Source: a virus (lineage: Duplodnaviria; Caudoviricetes). From it: a stretch of DNA of 64,000 nucleotides. This document shows positions 45,647-53,505 of this stretch, piece after piece (position 1 is the stretch's first letter; each line of letters begins with the position of its first letter). The position numbers and the translations under genes were made by a program. The notes under the pieces are model-generated. The model was not told the DNA's origin, did no database searches, and worked only from the letters and a program-made list of their open reading frames with translations. Location of the stretch: the IMG/VR virus record IMGVR_UViG_2974663217_000001, positions 5,062-69,061 of that record, one strand, 5' to 3'.

Positions 45647-46242
45647 ACGTCCGCGACTTCGACCCTCGCCCCGCCGGCGACGTTGTGCCCGATCCGTTCG
45701 TGGAGGGCACCACGAACAGGTGGATGCCCTTTGACCCCATCCAAGCCGCCACAGCCTACCACGCGGCCCGGGCGTGGGCTTACTACCAGCAAGTAGACGC
45801 AGAGCCAGGAAACGTGAACGCCGCCGCGCTGCTGGTGACTGAGTACCACGTCGCAAGCCTCTACTATGCGTTGTGCACTTCCAGCGCATCCCCCAAAGCC
45901 CTAACTGGCTTCAATAAGGGCATGCGGGAACGCCCCGAAACGCTACGCCACAACATCCGGCACATACTGGGCTACGTGGGCGTGGACCCCCGCGACATTG
46001 CCCCGTTCAAATCCCGGGAACGCATCCAACGCGAGACGCTGGAAAAGCTGCATCAAGACCTGATTTACCACGCAGCCCATGAGGGTGAGGCCGTGGAAGT
46101 GCGCGGCCCACATGGCTGGTACGACGTAGCCCCCGTGATCATGGGCGCCCTTTACCCCGACGCCCGAAAAGGCGACCCCGCCCACTTGCCCGAAATCCGG
46201 GCCAAGCTCACCAAAACCACAGAACAGGAACCCACCGAATGA
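45643..46242 (+). CDS. Hypothetical protein
   Basis: GTGA-coupled. Confidence 0.7.
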   Translation: MNVRDFDPRPAGDVVPDPFVEGTTNRWMPFDPIQAATAYHAARAWAYYQQVDAEPGNVNAAALLVTEYHVASLYYALCTSSASPKALTGFNKGMRERPETLRHNIRHILGYVGVDPRDIAPFKSRERIQRETLEKLHQDLIYHAAHEGEAVEVRGPHGWYDVAPVIMGALYPDARKGDPAHLPEIRAKLTKTTEQEPTE

Positions 46243-47063
46243 CCAACTGCATTGACCTGATCAAGGAAGCACGCCCGGAAGCCCCCAAGGGTTCGTTCTA
46301 CTCGTGCCCCCATGGCCGCGTGTACCGGCTCAAGGCCAAGGGCTGGAAGCCTGTTAGGAACCCGTGGCTTATCCGCCGTGTGGAACGTGAATGCCGGGAA
46401 GCCATGCTGGAACGCGCCTTTGACGAGCTCGCCCGTGTTTGCGAGGCCGCCGCCGCCCGGGCCGACGCGGAAGCCGACCGCGAAGCACGCGAGGACGCCA
46501 ACAGGCTGCACAACGCCAACGAACGCGCCAAAGCCAGGGCTGTCGTGGACGCCCCGGACCCCAGCATGCCCCGTGAGGAACACAAACGCCGGGTTCTGCG
46601 GGTCTTCCACGCAGCACGCCGGGGCGGCAAGACCTACAACGAGGCCGTGGACTACAGCGTGGAGCGCTACGCCGAGAACAACCACCTGAACAAGCACACG
46701 GTCCACAACATGCTGTTGGAAGCGTACAACGACACCCAAGAGGGCACCCCGCGCGTGTCCTTGGTCAAAGACGACGGCACAGACAAAACCCCAGACGAAA
46801 TCCGGGCCGAGGCCGGGGCGATCAACGCAGCCGCGGCCAACAGGCGCGCCGAGACAGCCCAAGCATTCGAGGGCGGCAAGCTCACGGACGAAACACCCGT
46901 GAACGCAATCAAGGTGGAGCTATCCCCCGCCGTGGCCGTGGCCGCTGACGGAACCCGCCGCCCCGCTCCAGTAATCACCGTGGACGGCAGCCCGGACCTT
47001 GCCGCCGTCCGCAAGGCAGCCGCCAACGTCGTGGCCCGAGAACAAGGCCAGTGGTTGCGGTGA
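46239..47063 (+). CDS. Hypothetical protein
   Basis: ATGA-coupled; helical. Confidence 0.7.
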   Translation: MTNCIDLIKEARPEAPKGSFYSCPHGRVYRLKAKGWKPVRNPWLIRRVERECREAMLERAFDELARVCEAAAARADAEADREAREDANRLHNANERAKARAVVDAPDPSMPREEHKRRVLRVFHAARRGGKTYNEAVDYSVERYAENNHLNKHTVHNMLLEAYNDTQEGTPRVSLVKDDGTDKTPDEIRAEAGAINAAAANRRAETAQAFEGGKLTDETPVNAIKVELSPAVAVAADGTRRPAPVITVDGSPDLAAVRKAAANVVAREQGQWLR

Positions 47064-47122
47064 TCAACCTCTGACCCGTGTTAATCTGTAGACCTCCTTT
47101 CTGGTGAATGTGGGGCTGCTAG

Positions 47123-47157
47123 GAAAACCCCCGGTGTGTGGACGCCGGGGGTTTTTC
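47123..47157 (+). terminator. Intrinsic terminator
   Basis: AAAACCCCCGGTGT gtgg ACGCCGGGGGTTTTT. Confidence 0.85.
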
Positions 47158-47181
47158 GCTGCCCACCGGCGAGCCCCGAAC

Positions 47182-47213
47182 AAAACAGGCACGCACCCGC
47201 GGACAATGGAAAC
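47182..47213 (+). promoter_or_regulatory. Class I promoter, leaderless
   Basis: AAAACAGGCAC 47182-47192, GACAAT, ATG 47214. Confidence 0.75.
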
Positions 47214-48020
47214 ATGACCCACACACCCATGATTGAGGAAGTCTGCGCGCTCATAGCAGCGAACGGGCACACCCTCCCGGCGGAACTCACCAGCGCCGAA
47301 CTGTTCGCCGGTTACGGCGGCCTCGCCCAAGCAATCGAACGCGGATTCGGTGCGCACACCATCTGGCTTAGCGAGTTCGACGCTGCCCCCGCTAAAATCC
47401 TCGCCCACCACTGGCCCGGGATCCCCAATCACGGCGACGTGACCAAGATTGATTGGGCCACCATGGAACGCCCCAACATCATGGGCGGCGGGTTCCCCTG
47501 TCAGGACGTAAGCCTTGCCGGACGCCGCGCCGGCCTCACCAACGAAACCCGGTCAGGGCTATGGTTCCACTTCCTCAAAGGAATCGTGGCCCTACAGCCC
47601 GAATTCGTCCTATTCGAGAACGTCCGGGGCATCCTTTCCGCCAAGTCCGTCAGGGACATGGAAAGCACCCCAGAAACCCTTGAGATAGACAGCGAGCTTT
47701 TGGAACTCACGACCCGCCGCGAAACCCTCCACGCAGAATTGGACGCGATCTATGACGAACTTGACCATGCAGAACTCAACGCCGTTGAAAGCCGAATTTC
47801 TGGCCTCCTGGAACAACGAGACAGGGCTATGGGAGGGGAACCAGATGGACCTATTCAGCGGGCACTCGGAACCGTTCTCGGAGACTTGGCCAACGCAGGG
47901 TATGACGCGCAATGGTGTGGCCTACGCGCTGCCGACGTGGGCGCCCCCCATGGGCGCTTCCGCGTTTTCGGACTCGGAATCCGACGCGACCTCCTCAACC
48001 CTGCTAAAGACACCAACTAG
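47214..48020 (+). CDS. C5 cytosine DNA methyltransferase, catalytic (N-terminal) subunit
   Basis: Motif I ELFAGYGG, IV GGFPCQDVSLAG, VI ENVRG, VIII GAPHGRFRVF; motifs IX/X absent; start reassigned to 47214. Confidence 0.9.
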   Translation: MTHTPMIEEVCALIAANGHTLPAELTSAELFAGYGGLAQAIERGFGAHTIWLSEFDAAPAKILAHHWPGIPNHGDVTKIDWATMERPNIMGGGFPCQDVSLAGRRAGLTNETRSGLWFHFLKGIVALQPEFVLFENVRGILSAKSVRDMESTPETLEIDSELLELTTRRETLHAELDAIYDELDHAELNAVESRISGLLEQRDRAMGGEPDGPIQRALGTVLGDLANAGYDAQWCGLRAADVGAPHGRFRVFGLGIRRDLLNPAKDTN

Positions 48021-49155
48021 CCAGCTAGCCGTAAACGGTGGCAGCCAGCACCCGGACAAGCGCAAAGCCGGGGGCCACGGCCCAACACTGGCCGATGAAA
48101 TCGAACACGCCCTGCCAGCCGTGGAGGAAGTGCCCGAATCGTCCCTACTGCTCACCCCCGTTGCTGCTGAGGGCGTGAAGCCGTCCAACACCATGGGAGT
48201 GAACCGGCGGCTGTCCACCGGGCAACTGTTCCTCACCAACCAAGTGGTCACCATCATGGGGTTGGACCCGTCCGAACAAGACAAGATTCTTCCCACGCCT
48301 CGCGCGTCCGATGGGCTGGCAGGACCGGACCCCTTGGAACGCCCCGAGCGCATGGACGATATCGCCACCCGGGTGAAGCGCATTACCTTGTTCCCGACGC
48401 CCACGACTCAGGAAACCAAGTCGGGGCCGTCGCAAGCGAACCGGAACACGCCCCCGCTCAATCATGTGGTCACGGACCTGCTGCCCACCCCCATTGCCTC
48501 TGACGGCAAGGGAACAGGCCCTGCAGACGCCAAACGCGAGACGGTCCAACTGCGTGCGATCACCGAGCTTTTGCCGACGCCCAAGGGCAGCGACGGGGAA
48601 AAGGGCGGCCCGAACCAGCGCGGGTCCAAGGGTGACTATGCCCTTCCCGCCGTGGGGCACCTCTTGCCGACCCCGGCAGCCAACGACAGTGGCAACACCC
48701 CGGAAGAACACCTGCGGAAGAAACCCGGGCGCACCCAAGTAACCAGCTTGCAAGTCATAGCCGACCACGGCCTCATTGAAACCGGGGGTAAGGTTCTGCC
48801 CACTCCTGTTGGTTCGGAAATCTCCGCTGGCGGGGAACGCGAGGGGCAGCTGTCCGGTGAAGCCAACACCGTGAACTGGGGCGCCTACGCCCCGGCCATT
48901 GCCCGGTGGGAACGGGTCTGCGGCATCCTGGCCCCTACCCCCACAATCCCGACCGGGCGGGACGGCGCGCAACGCCTCAACCCCGCCTTTGTGGAATGGA
49001 TGATGGGCTTGGAACCCGGCCACGTCACCGGGGTGGATATCCCCCGCTCTGCCATGCTCAAAGCCCTTGGTAACGGGGTTTGCCCACAGCAAGCCACCGT
49101 GGCTATCAACCACCTGTTGGGCATGTTCGTGCGAGCCTACGGACTGACGGCATGA
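47752..49155 (+). CDS. C5 methyltransferase C-terminal subunit with 8 LxTP repeats
   Basis: Ends LNPAFVEWMMG...KALGNGVCPQQA (motifs IX/X); overlaps the previous ORF by 269 nt in another frame. Confidence 0.85.
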   Translation: MTNLTMQNSTPLKAEFLASWNNETGLWEGNQMDLFSGHSEPFSETWPTQGMTRNGVAYALPTWAPPMGASAFSDSESDATSSTLLKTPTSQLAVNGGSQHPDKRKAGGHGPTLADEIEHALPAVEEVPESSLLLTPVAAEGVKPSNTMGVNRRLSTGQLFLTNQVVTIMGLDPSEQDKILPTPRASDGLAGPDPLERPERMDDIATRVKRITLFPTPTTQETKSGPSQANRNTPPLNHVVTDLLPTPIASDGKGTGPADAKRETVQLRAITELLPTPKGSDGEKGGPNQRGSKGDYALPAVGHLLPTPAANDSGNTPEEHLRKKPGRTQVTSLQVIADHGLIETGGKVLPTPVGSEISAGGEREGQLSGEANTVNWGAYAPAIARWERVCGILAPTPTIPTGRDGAQRLNPAFVEWMMGLEPGHVTGVDIPRSAMLKALGNGVCPQQATVAINHLLGMFVRAYGLTA

Positions 49156-49198
49156 CATACTGGCGTAGCTGAACGCACACAGCACCTAACAATGCGAG

Positions 49199-49230
49199 GA
49201 AAGCCCCCGACTGAACCCCGGGGGCTTTCT
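49199..49230 (+). terminator. Intrinsic terminator
   Basis: AAAGCCCCCG ... CGGGGGCTTTCT. Confidence 0.8.
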
Positions 49231-49238
49231 GCTGCGCA

Positions 49239-49270
49239 AAAACAGGCACAACCCGGGACAGAATGGACTC
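49239..49270 (+). promoter_or_regulatory. Class I promoter, leaderless
   Basis: AAAACAGGCAC 49239-49249, CAGAAT, ATG 49271. Confidence 0.75.
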
Positions 49271-51187
49271 ATGCCACTTTGCCCCCCATGCCAGGAACTC
49301 TATGACGGCTGGCTTGAGTACAAACAGCCGGCCACCAAATGGGTGCACCTCAACAACGAGGCACGCAGCATTGAAGCCCGGAAAGCCCGAATCCAAGAAA
49401 CCCGCGACCTGCAACGCCAACAGCTAGACATGATCCGTGACACCTGCAATCGCAAACACCAAGAAAGTGAAGCCGTGACCCTAACCCCCGAGGAAACCCA
49501 AACCGTAGTAGACGCCCTAAACGCTGACAACGAAATCCCGATGCCAGCCCCGGAAATCCACTACACAGACAGCAACGTGACCCTGTGGCATGGCGATTGC
49601 GTGGACGTGCTGCGTGGCCTCCCCGATAACAGCGTCGACTCAGTGGTCACAGACCCGCCCTATGGAATCCGGTTCATGGGCAAATCGTGGGACGGCGAGG
49701 ACATTGAGGAAATGACCGCCAAGCGCCGCGCCGCCGCCCCCATGCCGGACGGTGTAGGCGGCCCGAACGGCGGTTACCAGTCAGCCAGCACCGAGGCCGG
49801 ACGCTACCGGCAGAACCTCACCGCTAACCAAGCCTTTGGCGAATGGTGCCTCGAGTGGACCCGCGAGTGCTTCCGAGTCCTGAAACCCGGCGGCCATATC
49901 CTCGCGTTCGGCGGTTCCCGCACATGGCACCGCCTCGCGTCCGCCGTGGAAGACGCCGGGTTTGAAATCCGCGACTCAATCGCATGGCTCTACGGATCCG
50001 GGTTCCCCAAGTCCATGGACATTTCCAAAGCAATCGACCGCATGCGCCACGAGGGACCGGAAAAGCTCAAAGTCACCTCCTGGCTTGCTGATCAGGCAGA
50101 CAAGAACGGCGTCACCCGGGCCATGCTCGACGCGGCCATGGGAACCAGCGACATGGGCGGCTGGTGGCTGTCCCGACTGGAACACCGCTGCCAAGTGCCA
50201 ACCATGGAGCAAATCCCCCGGGTACTGGAAACCCTTGGCGTGGCATCCGAGGACGTGCCCGAGGATATCCAAACCCTGATATTCGAGCTCAACGGCGCCA
50301 AGGGCACCCCCGGCAAGGCATGGCTGGAACGCGAGGTAATCGGGCAACGCGAAACAGGGGACGCGCTGGGCTGGCTGCAACAGACCGGCAGCACCGCCAA
50401 GACCGTGGACGTGACCGCAGCGCACACCGAGGCCGCGAAAAAGTGGGAGGGCTGGGGCACCACCTTGAAGCCGTCCTTTGAACCCGTGGTGGTGGGCCGC
50501 AAGCCCATGCGGCTGACGACGGCGGCCAACGTCATGAAGCACGGCACCGGGGGCATGAACATTGCCGCAACCCGGGTGGGCGGCGAGGAACGCACCAACA
50601 AAGCCGGCGGGGCTTCCAGCCTGTCAGCGGTCACCCGCGTGGAACAGGGCTACCGGGACACTGTGAGCGAGTGCGAGGGCACCGAGTCCACCGTTTCCGG
50701 GCGCTGGCCAACGAACGTGATCCTGGACCCGTTCACCGCGGAACTGCTCAACGAACAAGAGGCCAACGCCGACCAGTTCTTCCCCGTGTTCCGCTACAAC
50801 CCCAAAGCCCCGGCCAGTGAGCGCCCCAGCTATGACAAGGCCGGCGGCAGCGGCGGCACCATTGCGGCCATGCGCTGCACCGGCTGCGGCAAGCAAGACC
50901 TGTCCGGCACGCCCTGCACTTGCGAGAACCCCACATGGGTGCGCGACCTTGGCAATAAGGTGTCCCACCCCACCGTGAAGCCCTTGGACCTCATGCGCTG
51001 GCTTATCCGCCTCGTGACACCCCCGGGCGGCACCGTGCTGGAACCGTTCGCCGGGTCCGGCACCACAGCCGAGGCCGCCGTCATGGAGGGCATGCAGTGC
51101 ATAGCCATTGAACGCGAGGCCGATTATCTGCCCCTGATCCGGCAACGCCTCGAAAAGCCCATTGAAGTGGCGCTGTTCCAGGTATGA
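49271..51187 (+). CDS. N6-adenine / N4-cytosine DNA methyltransferase (beta class) with insertions
   Basis: GDCVDVL...VTDPPY...SHPTVKPLDLMRWL...VLEPFAGSGTT. Confidence 0.9.
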   Translation: MPLCPPCQELYDGWLEYKQPATKWVHLNNEARSIEARKARIQETRDLQRQQLDMIRDTCNRKHQESEAVTLTPEETQTVVDALNADNEIPMPAPEIHYTDSNVTLWHGDCVDVLRGLPDNSVDSVVTDPPYGIRFMGKSWDGEDIEEMTAKRRAAAPMPDGVGGPNGGYQSASTEAGRYRQNLTANQAFGEWCLEWTRECFRVLKPGGHILAFGGSRTWHRLASAVEDAGFEIRDSIAWLYGSGFPKSMDISKAIDRMRHEGPEKLKVTSWLADQADKNGVTRAMLDAAMGTSDMGGWWLSRLEHRCQVPTMEQIPRVLETLGVASEDVPEDIQTLIFELNGAKGTPGKAWLEREVIGQRETGDALGWLQQTGSTAKTVDVTAAHTEAAKKWEGWGTTLKPSFEPVVVGRKPMRLTTAANVMKHGTGGMNIAATRVGGEERTNKAGGASSLSAVTRVEQGYRDTVSECEGTESTVSGRWPTNVILDPFTAELLNEQEANADQFFPVFRYNPKAPASERPSYDKAGGSGGTIAAMRCTGCGKQDLSGTPCTCENPTWVRDLGNKVSHPTVKPLDLMRWLIRLVTPPGGTVLEPFAGSGTTAEAAVMEGMQCIAIEREADYLPLIRQRLEKPIEVALFQV

Positions 51188-51336
51188 GTAAGTGCGAGAA
51201 CTGCGGCGTGGAACTGAACGCGGACGGCACCCGCCACCACAACGACATTCTGTTCTGCGCTTTCGCGTCAACGCCGTTTGACTGGTACGACTGGCGGACG
51301 GCAAAACAGGCACCAACGCCCATAAGCTCGGAATAA
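51184..51336 (+). CDS. 50-aa Cys/His-rich protein
   Basis: ATGA overlap; MSKCENCGVELNADGTRHHNDILFC... Confidence 0.5.
   Translation: MSKCENCGVELNADGTRHHNDILFCAFASTPFDWYDWRTAKQAPTPISSE
51303..51335 (+). promoter_or_regulatory. Class I promoter
   Basis: AAAACAGGCAC 51303-51313, TAAGCT, predicted start site A51335, leader with RBS GAAAGGA. Confidence 0.75.
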
Positions 51337-51357
51337 GCCACAACGAAAGGAACCACC

Positions 51358-51798
51358 ATGATTGAAAAGACTTTCCCCGACGCCGGGACCGTCCCCGAGT
51401 GGATACAAGAGGGCGGCACCGTCGCCGTTGTCCAGAACGTCCGATACGGCCCCGGCACCCGGGTTGAAAAGGGCTTTGTGGAGCGCCTGACCAAAACCCA
51501 GGTAGTCCTGAATGACGGGCGCCGGTTCAACCTAAAGAACGGGTTGCAAGAAATGGGCGCAAGCACACGCGACGCGTGGGGGCCGGGTCCACTGTTCCTT
51601 GCCGACTGGGAAAGCGCAGCCGTCAAGGAAGCCTTGCGGGAACAATTCATGCGGAACACCGCCACCGCGATTGCTCAGAAAGCGCGCGCTTTCGAGCAAG
51701 CACCAGACGGCAAGAAAGCCAAGGAACTCATTGGGCTGCTGATCCAATGGGCGAAACACGACGGCATGGAGGTGGAGGAACCCCATGGCGGGGTGTAG
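51358..51798 (+). CDS. Hypothetical protein
   Basis: Strong RBS; VERLTKTQVVL--GRRF motif. Confidence 0.75.
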   Translation: MIEKTFPDAGTVPEWIQEGGTVAVVQNVRYGPGTRVEKGFVERLTKTQVVLNDGRRFNLKNGLQEMGASTRDAWGPGPLFLADWESAAVKEALREQFMRNTATAIAQKARAFEQAPDGKKAKELIGLLIQWAKHDGMEVEEPHGGV

Positions 51799-52006
51799 CT
51801 GCGGCCCGGGCGGCAAGGGCGCACCGTGGTGCGCCCTCCACCGCTGTGATTGCAACATCATGTGTGGCCACCGCGGCTTTGTTCGGCCCCATGTGTTCGC
51901 CCCCGGGGAATCATGCGGCGGAAACGATGTGACATGGCGGGAACGCCGCGCCGGCGGCAATTGCCGGGTCCACGAAACCAGCGAGGAAAGGCCAACCAAT
52001 GCGTGA
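51785..52006 (+). CDS. Cys-rich small protein
   Basis: RBS GGAGGA; 8 Cys in 73 aa. Confidence 0.6.
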   Translation: MAGCSCGPGGKGAPWCALHRCDCNIMCGHRGFVRPHVFAPGESCGGNDVTWRERRAGGNCRVHETSEERPTNA

Positions 52007-52424
52007 CCAACACACCGTCAGGGTCCGGCTGTCGTTGACATTCGAGGAACTGGACAAAAACGGCACAGTGGTGCGCCGGTCAACTGACCGCTTTGGAGTC
52101 AGCCACGACTTGTCCACCACCAGCGAGGTCAGGGCACGCTTTCCGCACATGCCAGCCACCTACGCAGCTAACAAGGTGGGCCACAGTGTCGCGGACGCCC
52201 TGAACCAAGCCTTGCCGCCATTCCTTGACGGCAAGACCGGGGAAGCGTTCTGCCCCTCCACCATCCACGAGGGCAAAGAGGTGCCGGCACCCGTGGGCGG
52301 CCTGTTCATCAACCATTGGAACCCGGAACGCAACACCCGGGTCTGGTATTGCGTGGAATGCGCCGAAATGGGAGAACTCACGGGCTTATTCGAGCGAGAC
52401 AAGGGCAACGAAAGTGGCAACTGA
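51999..52424 (+). CDS. Hypothetical protein
   Basis: RBS GAAAGG. Confidence 0.65.
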   Translation: MRDQHTVRVRLSLTFEELDKNGTVVRRSTDRFGVSHDLSTTSEVRARFPHMPATYAANKVGHSVADALNQALPPFLDGKTGEAFCPSTIHEGKEVPAPVGGLFINHWNPERNTRVWYCVECAEMGELTGLFERDKGNESGN

Positions 52425-52713
52425 GGTCTACACCCCGGAAATCGTGTGGGGTCACTCCATGAACCCGGATATTCAGATCGACAGGGACGGCAAAACGTGG
52501 CTGTTCATTGAAACCCAATACGGCAAGTACAAGGCCGACCATGCCACCGTGACCGCGCCGCCGTTCTCCGATTTCGCGGACCCCATCACCCGGACCATGG
52601 GCTTTGACCCCGGCAAGATCGACACCAGCCGGGTTAGCTGGGGCGCGCACATAGCCAGGGACGGGCTAGGCGTGCCGTTCCAAGCCGGCCCACTCCGGTT
52701 TGACGTGCTGTGA
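52414..52713 (+). CDS. Hypothetical protein
   Basis: GTG 52414; 3' part of track ORF 52225-52713. Confidence 0.6.
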   Translation: MATEVYTPEIVWGHSMNPDIQIDRDGKTWLFIETQYGKYKADHATVTAPPFSDFADPITRTMGFDPGKIDTSRVSWGAHIARDGLGVPFQAGPLRFDVL

Positions 52714-52812
52714 CCGCGAAACCCGGCCCCCGGCCCGTAACGAACCCCTACCAAGACCCCCGTGGCCGCGCACTGGTCAACGGAATCATCAAGCGAAAGA
52801 GAGAAAGAGACA

Positions 52813-53103
52813 ATGACCGAGAATCTGGACCCGGCGAACGCACCCCTGAACCCGGCCCCGGTGACACTGCCGGAAAACGGCGACGTGGTGCTGTACCTCA
52901 CCAAGACTGACGGGGCAGAGGTTCCCGCCATGGTCAATGCCGTGTTCCCCGAGCACGGGCGTGTCAGTCTGCGCATCTTCAACCCGCAACACGTCGCGGA
53001 AGACCCCATCGACGCCGAACAGCTGGTTATCCCGGATGCTGTCACCTACCTGCCAAGTGGTTCGGGGTTGCCCGAACCGGGCCGTTGGCGCCACCGCGAC
53101 TAA
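52813..53103 (+). CDS. Hypothetical protein
   Basis: ATG 52813 after a purine-rich RBS; GDVVLY...VPAMV--V...PGRWRH motif. Confidence 0.7.
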   Translation: MTENLDPANAPLNPAPVTLPENGDVVLYLTKTDGAEVPAMVNAVFPEHGRVSLRIFNPQHVAEDPIDAEQLVIPDAVTYLPSGSGLPEPGRWRHRD

Positions 53104-53133
53104 AACAGGCACGCGGCTGCTTACGGTGGGAAT
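53102..53133 (+). promoter_or_regulatory. Class I promoter, leaderless
   Basis: AAAACAGGCAC 53102-53112, TACGGT, ATG 53134. Confidence 0.75.
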
Positions 53134-53505
53134 ATGACCACTTACCCGCAGCCCTTGCGTGAACTCGCCGCCCTCGTGAGCTCCACGCAGCACACATGGA
53201 CCACCGAGGACGAACTACAACACTCCATAGCCGAAACCCTCAAGGCCGCCGGCCTAGACGTTACCCGCGAGGTGACCCTAGACGGCGGCCTTGGGCGCGT
53301 CGACCTCATGGTCGGCAAGGTAGGCGTTGAGGTGAAAATCAAGGGTTCGTGGCAGCAACTCACCCGGCAAGTCATGCGCTACGCCCGGGCCGAGGAAATC
53401 AAAGCCCTATTGGTGATCACCACCAAAGCAGCGCACGCCAAGCACGTCCCCGTGCAAGCGTTCGGGGTGCCCATCCTGACCGTGTTCCTGGACGGTGCAT
53501 TTTGA
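53134..53505 (+). CDS. PD-(D/E)xK nuclease-like protein
   Basis: EDELQ...REV...GRVDLMV...GVEVKIKG...QVMRY. Confidence 0.75.
   Translation: MTTYPQPLRELAALVSSTQHTWTTEDELQHSIAETLKAAGLDVTREVTLDGGLGRVDLMVGKVGVEVKIKGSWQQLTRQVMRYARAEEIKALLVITTKAAHAKHVPVQAFGVPILTVFLDGAF

Noticed and set aside
52710-52910. 66-aa ORF overlapping 52813-53103
   Set aside because: Low complexity and overlaps a better-supported gene by about 100 nt; not called.
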